Made by a program: the position numbers and the translations under genes
Shown: piece by piece, positions 54,365 through 64,000 of the stretch
Layout of the letters: every line of letters starts with the position of its first letter
Numbering within the stretch: the stretch's first letter is position 1
Assembly (NCBI RefSeq): GCF_006345805.1
Contig: NC_043014.1
Location: 3,534,001-3,598,000, forward strand
Length of the DNA stretch: 64,000 bases
Direction: 5' to 3'
DNA from: Octopus sinensis
Lineage: Eukaryota
The notes under the pieces: generated by a model
Told to the model about the DNA's origin: nothing
Seen by the model: the letters and a program-made list of their open reading frames with translations, nothing else
The model's database searches: none

Positions 54365-56169
54365 TAAAGTAAGAAACTGAGGAAAAGCGATCCATCAAAG
54401 GGGTGTGTAAAACATCCAATTCACTGGTACATCAGTTGGATACCATAAAAATATTGGTATAATTCAATTATAAAAATAAATTAAATATAGAGAAATTCTA
54501 TTGACATTATATACACTTTATATATATGCATAATAGCTGTGTGGTAAGTAGCTTGCTTACCAGCCACATGGTTCTGGGTTCAGTCCCACTGCGTGGCACC
54601 TTGGGCAAATGTCTTCTACTATAGCCTCGGACTGACCAAAGACTTGTGAGTGGATTTGGTAGACGGAAACTAAAAGAAGCCCGTCGCATATGTGTGTACA
54701 TGTTTGTGTGTCTGTGATTGTCCCCCCCCCCTAACATCACTTGACAACTGATGCTGGTGTGATTATGTCCCTGTAACTTAGCGGTTCGGCAAAAGAGTTT
54801 GATAGAATAAGTCCTGGGGGTCGATTTGCTCGACTAAAGGCGGTGCTCCAGCATGGCTGCAGTCAAATGACTGAAACAAGTATAAGAGTAAAAGAGTATA
54901 ATTTCTATATACATAATTTGTGTGTGTGTGTGTGTGTGTGTGTGTACATAAATATTTATTCTTTTACATGTTTCAGTCATTTGACTGCGGCTATATATGT
55001 GTATGTATGTATATGTGGTGGTGGTGGTGATGGCAGCAATGGTGGTGGCGTAATGATGATGGTTATGTAATGTCTAGTAATGATGATGATGATGATGATG
55101 AAAAAAATTGAGAAAACCTGTTAAAGAAAGAATGCTTTCTTTATTTATTTATTTATTTACTTAATTGCAGTCACAAACAGTGGCAAGACACTTTCCATAT
55201 ATGGACATAGATAGAGAGAAAGAAATTAGAGAGGTGGCCATGGGGGTGGGGGTGGAATGGAGTGGGGGGGGAGGTAGGGCAGACAGATTAGAATCGGGTT
55301 GAACTATATTTCTGAATAGGGTTACTGTTACTTTGGAAGAATCTTAGAATCTTGGGTGGGGAGGGGGGAAGGTGGTGGTGGGGGGGGGGGGGGTCAGAGA
55401 GGCAGCAGGTTTTTCGGCAGCAACAGAGTAATGGTTAATGAAGTGAGATTTATTCCGCAGCAATATCTACGTACATTTCTAAGCTTACACACATATATAA
55501 TATACATTATATATATGTGTGGTGTGGTGTGTGTATGATGGAGGCTGAAAGAATCCCATCGTGTGTTTGTGTGTGGCAAGCTGGCAGAATCGTTAGCGCG
55601 CCGGGTGAAATACTTAGCAGTATTTCGTCCGCCGCTCCGTTCTGAGTTCAAATTCCGCCGAGGTCGACTTTGCCTTTCATCCTTTCGGGGTCGATAAATT
55701 AAGTACCAGTTACGCACTGGGGTCGATGTAATCGACTTAATCCGTTTGTCTGTCCTTGTTTGTCCCCTCTATGTTTAGCCCTTTGTGGGCAATAAAAAAA
55801 AACCATCGTGTGTGTATGAGAGAAACTGAAAGAATCCCATCGTGTGTGTGTGTGTATGACAGAAACTGAAAGAATACTGTCGTGTGTGTGTGTTTGTGTG
55901 TCTGTCCCCCACCATCGTTTAACAACCGATGTTGGTGTATTGATGTCCCCGTAACTTAGCCGTTCAGCAAAAGAGACCGATAGAATAAGTAGTAGGCTTA
56001 CAAAGAAAAAGTCCTGGGGTGACGTGTTCAGTTAAAAGTGGTGCTCCAGCATGGCCACAGTCAAATGACTGAAACAAATAAAAGAAGAAAAAGAAAAGAA
56101 ATACATATGCACACACACACATACACAAATATATATATACACACACACATGTATATACATATATATATA

Positions 56170-56605
56170 TATATATTAAGGTATGTAGAAAAATACAACA
56201 TGGACAAGAACGTATAACTCTTAGAAGACGATACAATAAACACAGACAGGACATTCGAAGCCCTCAGTCTTCAGTCAAGAACCGGATCATCGTAGTAATT
56301 TCGGCTGATTAATCTTGAGATTACTAGATCACGGCCAGCCCTCCAAGAAAAACTAAGCAACGAGCATTAGAAAAACTAAGCTGGGAGCGTAGATTTCCTG
56401 GAAGAAGGATCGAATGCATACGAACACCGGGACAGCAAAAGGGACGAATATAAAAGGCAAAAAACAATAATGGAATACAGAAACATGAAATACAGAAGCA
56501 TTAACGGTGAAAACAACAAGTGTCTTACGACTGATAACAAGCAAGCAAATTTTCTCTGGCGCATTGGAAAGGAGCCTTATCGGCGATGCCTTGGCGGCGG
56601 ACGAT
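56170..56605 (-). mobile_element. Probable Penelope-like terminal remnant; same family at 61690-62080(+)
   Basis: Shared GCAATCTCAAGATTAATCAGCCGAAATT...GGTTCTTG-CTGAAGA...TTCGAA segment; both copies abut (TA)n. Confidence 0.45.
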
Positions 56606-56617
56606 ATATATACAAAT

Positions 56618-57033
56618 GTAGTACAAATGTCTTGTTTCCTAAAGTTTTGAATTAAAATCTTAGTCACAATTTATGTTCCGAACACCAGTTTAATGATAAC
56701 AAAGTTATTTTACTAAATTCTTTGTTATATTTAAAATTAACTGAAAGAAACACAGAGCATCTCAACAGAAATACAATAACAAAAGGGTTAAAATATATAA
56801 TAGAGAAACAATTCTTAATCCTTTTGATACCAACCTGGTTGAAACCGCCTCTGGCTCTGTAGTACAAATGTCTTGTTTTCATAAGTTCTGAATTTAAATC
56901 TTCCACCAAACACTAACACTTCCACCTAACACTAGCTTAATGATAACCAAATTATTTTACTAAATTCTTTGTTATATTTAAAATAATTGAGAGAAAAACA
57001 GAGCATCTCAAAATAAATACAGTAACGAAAGGG
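56618..57033. mobile_element. piggyBac-type MITE dimer, same family and same spacer as 3385-4110, opposite orientation
   Basis: AAAGGG-TTAA terminus at 57033; spacer TTAAAATATATAATAGAGAAACAATTCTTAA at ~56790-56820. Confidence 0.75.
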
Positions 57034-58542
57034 TTAAATATCACATACAGTCTAGCAAATGTGGTTTTCATTACATCTATTTCATTATAGTCGTGGCCAA
57101 TGCAAGTGTCACATTACCAGCACATAAACGGTAACCTTTAAATGTTGGGTGATTTGCTGTGCTTGAGAAGATCTTGTTAAGCCAAGTGAAATTGTAGTCA
57201 TGACTGAAGCCAGTGATGTCTGACTGGCAGATAAAAATCACCATTTGAGCATTGGGCTTCACGGAGGCAGTGGCAGGCGAGTGAGACCTTTGGTGATATG
57301 GTTGTACTTGAGAAGACCTGATAAGCCAGGTGAGATCATTGTCATGGCCGATGCAGGTGTCACTTCAATGGCACCCATGCCAGTGACACATAGAGAGCAC
57401 CCACCACACTCTTGCAGTGGTTGGTGTTAGGAAGGGCATCCAGCCATAGAAACCATCAGATTGGGACCTGGTGCAGCTCCCTGCTTACCAGTTCTCAGTA
57501 AAACTGTCCAATCCATGCCAGCATCGAAAGCAGACATTGAATGATGATGATGATTTGAAGAGCAGGTAGAATTGTTTGTATGCCAGACAAAATGCTTAAT
57601 GGTATTTCATTTATCAAAGGCGGCAAGCTGGCAGAAACAGTAGCACATCGGGCGAAATGCTTAGCGGTATTTCGTCTGCCGCTACGTTCTGAGTTCAAAT
57701 TCCGCCGAGGTCGACTTTGCCTTTCATCCTTTCGGGGTCGATTAAATAAGTACCAGTTACGCACTGGGGTTGATATAATCAACTTAATCCGTTTGTCTGT
57801 CCTTGTTTGTCCTCTCTGTGTGTAGCCCCTTGAGGGTAGTAAAGAAATAGGTATTTCGTCTGCTGCTACGTTCTGAGTTCAAATTCCGCCGAGGTCGACT
57901 TTGCCTTTCATCCTTTCGGGGTCGATTAAATAAGTACCAGTTACGCACTGGGGTCGATGTAATCGACTTAATCCCTTTGTCTGTCCTTGTTTGTCTCTTC
58001 TGTGTTTAGCCCCTTGTGGGTAGTAAAGAAATAGGTATTTCATTTATCTTTACATTCTGAGTTCAAATTTCACTGAGATCAACTTTGCTTTTCATCCTTT
58101 CGGGGTCAATAAAATGAGTACCAGTGAAACATTAGGGGGTCTATGTAATTTATTCATCTCATCCCACAAAATTGCTGGCCTTGTGCTAAAATAGAAAATC
58201 AATATATTTGATTCGCTTGTTAAGGCCGCAAACAGGAAGAAATGTTAGCATAGAGGGTGAAATACTTCGTGGTATTTCATCTGTCTTTTCATTTTGAGTT
58301 CAGATTCCACTGAGGTCGATTTTGCCTTTCATCCTTTTGATAAAATAGGTATCGGTTGACCGCTGGGAGTCGTGTAATCAGCTTTCCCCTCCCCTCAAAA
58401 TTTCAGGCTTTGTGCCTACTTTAGAAGGGAATATATATTTAATTTACTTATAGATATATGAAATATATAAACTGTGTGAAATAGTAAATATATAGAAACA
58501 CATTTAGTTTATTGTTGGGTCATTCATGTCTTAAGAACACAG

Positions 58543-58619
58543 CGTCTTGACCCTTACGTCTTGACCCTTACGTCTTGACCCTTACGTCTTGACCCTTACG
58601 TCTTGACCCTTACGTCTTA
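58543..58619. repeat. 14-bp tandem repeat (CGTCTTGACCCTTA) x5
   Basis: Perfect copies, directly visible. Confidence 0.95.
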
Positions 58620-58879
58620 CTTCTAACCCTTGTTCCATTCACCATAACCAACCCAATAATGAAAACCCCATTAAACAAATATAACACAACCCACACATGG
58701 CATATTCTATGTAATTGTTGCCCAAGAACATGGCACAGCACATAACAGAGATGTCCATACACAACCACCAACTTACACATTAATGTAATTCAATACACCT
58801 TCTACAATACAATCACCACCTAACACTACAGCACATACCACAATACCCATAACACACACATCATCTCATTTCCATCTCT

Positions 58880-60860
58880 CATCATCTGACTTGTCACTCA
58901 TCTACCTTCACTCATCATTTGACTTCTCACTCAGCTCCCTTCACTCATCACCTGACTTCTACTCTATACCATCTACAATCACTCAACACCTGACTTCTCC
59001 CTCAACTACCTTCACTCATCATTTGACTTCTCACTCAGCTCCCTTCACTCATCACCTGACATCTACTCTATACCATCTACCTTCACTCAACACCTGACTT
59101 CTCCCTCATCTACCTTCACTCATCATTTGACTTCTCACTCAGCTCTCTTCACTCAACACCTGACTTCTCCCTCATCTACCTTCACTCAATACCTGACTTC
59201 TCCCTCATCTACCTTCACTCATCATTTGACTTCTCACTCAGCTCCCTTCACTCATCACCTGACATCTACTCTATACCATCTACCTTCACCCAACACCTGA
59301 CTTCTCCCTCATCTACCTTCACTCATCATTTGACTTCTCACTCAGCTCCCTTCACTCATCACCTGACTTCTACTCTATACCATCTACCTTCACTCAACAC
59401 CTGACTTCTCCCTCATCTACCTTTACTCATCATTTGACTTCTCACTCAGCTCCCTTCACTCATCACCTGACATCTACTCTATACCATCTACATTCACTCA
59501 ACACCTGACTTCTCCCTCATCTACCTTCACTCATCGTTTGACTTCTCACTCAGCTCCCTTCACTCATCACCTGACTTCTACTCTATAGCATCTACCTTCA
59601 CTCAACACCTGACTTCTCCCTCATCTACCTTCACTCATCATTTGACTTCTCACTCAGCTCCCTTCACTCATCACCTGACTTCTACTCTATACCATCTACA
59701 ATCACTCAACACCTGACTTCTCCCTCATCTACCTTCACTCATCATTTGACTTCTCACTCAGCTCCCTTCACTCATCACCCAATTTCTACTCTATACCATC
59801 TACCTTCACTCAACACCTGACTTCTCCCTCATCTACCTTCACTCATCATTTGACTTCTCACTCAGCTCCCTTCACTCATCACCTGACTTCTACTCTATAC
59901 CATCTACCTTCACTCAACACTTGACTTCTCCCTCATCTACCTTCACTCATCATTTGACTTCTCACTCAGCTCCCTTCACTCATCACCCAACTTCTACTCT
60001 ATACCATCTACCTTCACTCAACACCTGACTTCTCCCTCATCTACCTTCACTCATCATTTGACTTCTCACTCAGCTCCCTTCACTCATCACCTGACTTCTA
60101 CTCTATACCATCTACCTTCACTCAACACTTGACTTCTCCCTCATCTACCTTCACTCATCATTTGACTTCTCACTCAGCTCCCTTCACTCATCACCTGACT
60201 TCTACTCTATAGCATCTACCTTCACTCAACACCTGATTTCTCCCTCATCTACCTTTACTCCTCATTTGACTTCTCACTCAGCTCCCTTCACTCATCACCT
60301 GACTTCTACTCTATACCATCTACCTTCACTCAACACCTGACTTCTCCCCATCTACCTTCACTCAACACCTAACTTCTCCCTCATCTACCTTCACTCATCA
60401 TTTGACTTCTCACTCAGCTCCCTTCACTCAACACCTGACTTCTCCCTCATCTGCCTTCACTCATCATTTGACTTCTCACTCAGCTCCCTTCACTCATCAC
60501 CTGACTTCTACTCTATACCATCTACCTTCACTCAACACCTGACTTCTCCCTCATCTACCTTCACTCATCGTTTGACTTCTCACTCAGCTCCCTTCACTCA
60601 TCACCTGACTTCTACTCTATGCCATTTACCTTCACTCAACACCTGACTTCTCCCTCATCTACCTTCACTCAACACCTGACTTCTCCCTCATCTACCCTCA
60701 CTCATTATTTGACTTCTCACTCAGCTCCCTTCACTCATCACCTGACTTCTCCCCCAGCTTCCCACTCTCTACACTTAACATCCCACTCATCTACCCTCCC
60801 TCATCACCTGACCTCTCCCTCATCAACTTTCCCTCATCACCTGTCCCCCACTCAATACCA
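58880..60860. repeat. ~2 kb satellite with a 104-bp higher-order unit built from 33/33/38-bp monomers
   Basis: Monomers all start CCTTCACTCA; CTATACC marker spaced 104 bp apart (58964/59068; 59271/59375); plus strand almost free of G. Confidence 0.93.
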
Positions 60861-62670
60861 TCTACCAACATTGCTCCACCCAAAAAGCCATATTCTACAG
60901 CTCTGTATTTCCTTAGTTTATCTTGCAAGATAAATACTATTGTGACCATCGTTGGCATAATGGAAGATTAAATTATTTCATTTAATTCGAGATAACATTG
61001 CACAAGATAATGTGAGACAATGTTACATTGAATGTTGCAGATATAATTATACAATAAAACTTTTACTGTCTGATGAAGTCGGACAATATACAGATAATAA
61101 TGTTGAATCTATCTTTGGTACATTATTAAAAATAGAGATCTACCTTTCAAGTAAATACTGTACATCAAAATTTTATACACTGTATGGTGAAAAGAATATA
61201 TACTGTCTATTAAATCTTTATATATAAAAGTCAAGTTGTGTGTCTGTCTCCTTCGATTTAGATTCCTAACTACTCCCACATTTTGCGGTGCAGTGTAACC
61301 AAAAGCGGGTATCTTATAGTCGTGATTCATATCGAGCCCTTCTAGGTATTAGCACGCATCTACGATGAGTCTACGATTTAAAAAATAATTTAGCATCATT
61401 TTTTTTCATTTTAATGCATTTTTTCGCTATTATATAAGGGAAGTAACTCTCTAAAAATGTCTACGATGAGTCAACGATTTAAAATAAAATTTACCATCAT
61501 TTTTTTTCCATTTTTAATGCATTTTTTTGGCTATTTTTTGGCTATAACTCTCTAAAAATGCTTATATAGTTATTTCCCTTACAAACCGAGCAACGCTGGC
61601 GATACTGCAAGTTATTTATAATCCATAAACAATATATATATATATCTGTGTATATATTTCTATATATATATATATATACCACCGCCACGACAACATCAAT
61701 TTCTTCGTCCGCCATAAAGGCATTTTTTTCCAAATACGCCAGCTAAGCTAAGTTGAACTGTCTAAAGTCGTAAGACACCCGCTGTTTTTGTCCTGTTATT
61801 ACCATTATTGTTTTTTGTATTTATATTCGTGTGGCATCGTCCATTTTTCTGTCCTTGTTTCGTATACATTCGATCCTTTTTCCAAGAAATCTAATGCTTG
61901 TAGCTTAGTTTTTCCTTGGGGCTGGCTGGATTGGAGCAATCTCAAGATTAATCAGCCGAAATTGCGAGGATGATCTGGTTCTTGGCTGAAGATTAGAGGC
62001 TTCGAATGACCCGTCCGTTTTTTGTGTCGTCTCTTTGATTGTTTTGCGTTCTTGTCCCATTTTGTATTTTTATATATATTTTTTATACATATATATATAT
62101 TTGTGTGTGTGTGTATACATATATATATATATATATATATATGTGTATACATATATATATATGGCCTCCGTGCTGTGGGCACGTAACAAACACCATCCGA
62201 TCGTGGCCGTTCGCCAGCCTCATCTGGCACCTGTGTCGGTGGCACATAAAAACACCATCCGAGCGTGGCCGTCTGCCAGCCTCGTCTGGCACCTGTGTCG
62301 GTGGCACATAAAAAAAACACCATCCGAGCGTGGCCGTTCGCCAGCCTCGTCTGGCACCTGTGTCGGTGGCACATAAAATCACCCACTACACTCTCGGAGT
62401 GGTTGGCGTTAGGAAGGGCATCCAGCTGTAGAAACACTGCCAGATCTGACTGGCCTGGTGCAGCCTTCGGGCTTGCCAGACCCCAGTTGAACCGTCCAAC
62501 CCATGCTAGCATGGAAAGCGGACGTTAAATGATGATGATGATATATATATACATATATATATACACATACACACTTATATATTCCCTCCCAGTCATTTCA
62601 AAATGTAACCACATGTGAATCGTTGGTGATATTTTTCCTCCATCTTCCTTTTCTTTTGGACTTTCCTCTC

Positions 62671-62705
62671 TTTCTGAAGAAGAGCGTCTGCTCGAAACGT
62701 TAAAC
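62671..62705 (+). ncRNA. Hammerhead-like core with weak stem I in a Penelope-like remnant (62580-62790)
   Basis: CTGAAGA-A-GAGC gtct GCTC-GAAACG-TA-AAC; canonical CUGANGA core. Confidence 0.45.
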
Positions 62706-62814
62706 CATCTTTCTTTCCTTCCCTGAGCATCTGCTAATACTTTACATGTACTATGTCCCCACGTTGTTGTTTTTTGGGGATTTACTATATGCATATATAT
62801 ATATATATATATAC

Positions 62815-63130
62815 ATCAAGATGTAGGACAAGATATTGTGATAGCCTGGGCTTCAGAGGCCCACGGCTCTTCAATATCCTCCCGAAGAACCTGAGGGACC
62901 TGCATGGTGTAGATGCGGATGTCTTTAAAGTAGGACTGGATCTCTTCCTGTCAGGTGTCCCGGATGAACCAACTTCACGGCAGGAGGTGCAGATGAGGGC
63001 AGCTGCATCGAACTCTCTCATGCATCAGATGGCGTTTGCTAAAAAGCATCCGTGAGGTAAAAACCATGTAGCAAACCAAATGGCGGTGCCCCAGCATGGT
63101 CACAGCTCATTAGCTGAAACTGCAAAAATC
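62815..63130 (+). mobile_element. CR1/L2-group LINE 3' end
   Basis: SLGFRGPRLFNILPKNLRDL...DVFKVGLDLFLSGVPDEP...RAAASNSL; (AAAATC)n tail. Confidence 0.75.
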
Positions 63131-63189
63131 AAAATCAAAATCATATATATATATATATATATATAATATATATATATATTATATTATAT

Positions 63190-64000
63190 TAAATTAGAGA
63201 TAAAACCACTATTAGGCAAATCAAACAGTGAAAAACATAAGCCAATACATAAAATTAATTTTGAAATATAAAAGTTAAAATTTAAAAATTTAAAAATTAT
63301 TTAAATAATTTAAACTTATAAATTATAAATTATATATACAAATATATATATATATGTATGTATATTTTTATATTTATATATTATTTTATTTATTAATTAA
63401 TTAATTAATTTATTTATTTATTTTTATTATTATATAAATATCAAAAGTATTAAAAGTTTAATAAAAGATAAAGAGTAAAACACTACGATCGTTTCATGGC
63501 TGTACCAATTTGAATAACAATAATTTAAATTCAATTAATAATTCGAATTACAGTCAATCTTCAGGTTAATTGAAATATTTTAAAAATAATCAGAAATATT
63601 TAAACAATATTTTTAATATAATAATTTTACTTATAATAAACTCTATAATATATATTTATTTATAGAGATTATTTTAGATCTTAATTATAATATTTATATA
63701 CATTTATATATTTTCATTGATAATTTATATATAATAGTCATTTTAAAAAAAAATATTTATGTAATTAGATATAGACTATTACCAATATTAGATTATTGGT
63801 GGGTTTCTTACCTTAAAAATTAAAATTAATATTTAACATTATAATCGATTTTGATATAATCATAATAGTTAAGTTTTAAGTTTCTAGTTTGATAATGGAG
63901 TTTATTATAAGTAAAATTATTATATTAAAAATATTGTTTAAATATTTCTGATTATTTTTAAAATATTTCAATTAACCTGAAGGCTGACTGTAACCATAAT
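63190..64000. mobile_element. Extremely AT-rich element with ~96-bp inverted repeat (63548-63643 / 63898-63993); probable eroded Penelope-like element
   Basis: Starts with the same terminus as 33484; inverted arms differ at 2 positions. Confidence 0.5.

Noticed and set aside
58880-60860. CRISPR-like or protein-coding repeat array
   Set aside because: No unique spacers, eukaryotic context, and the 38-bp monomer shifts frame; the minus strand has stops in all frames.
61986-62010. Hammerhead at CTGAAGA...TTCGAA (also ~56250-56275 and 63543-63570, minus)
   Set aside because: GAAA box incomplete and stem II does not pair convincingly; kept only as possible decayed motifs.

Overview
Repeat-saturated animal genomic DNA. 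The repeat families and microsatellite density suggest an octopus/cephalopod; this is inference, not verified. One protein-coding gene can be reconstructed by eye on the minus strand, from a TATA box and first exon at ~16.6 kb to beyond the left edge. Ten exons, all with GT-AG boundaries and compatible phases, encode signal peptide + atypical C-type-lectin-like domain + at least six tandem EGF repeats. Five of these exons are missing from the ORF track. I found no other host gene in the remaining ~47 kb. That region is a mosaic of tRNA-headed SINEs, 5'-truncated RTE, CR1 and R4/Dong-type LINEs, non-autonomous Helitrons, piggyBac/hAT/pogo/Merlin MITEs, decayed Merlin and DD37D (maT) transposases, and micro-, mini- and higher-order satellites. 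The most unusual signals: (i) Penelope-like remnants with inverted duplications carrying minimal hammerhead-ribozyme motifs, several in introns of the gene; (ii) a SINE whose 3' junctions almost all read GAAATA|GGTA and which forms concatemers with identical junctions; (iii) an endonuclease fragment of a probable (TAA)n-targeting R4/Dong element in a near-perfect 1036-bp tandem duplication; (iv) a ~4.6 kb fold-back composite around a Merlin transposase with a Helitron-type terminus; (v) several near-perfect long palindromes. All coordinates were read manually. Exon, TSD and palindrome limits were counted base by base; dispersed repeat limits are approximate.
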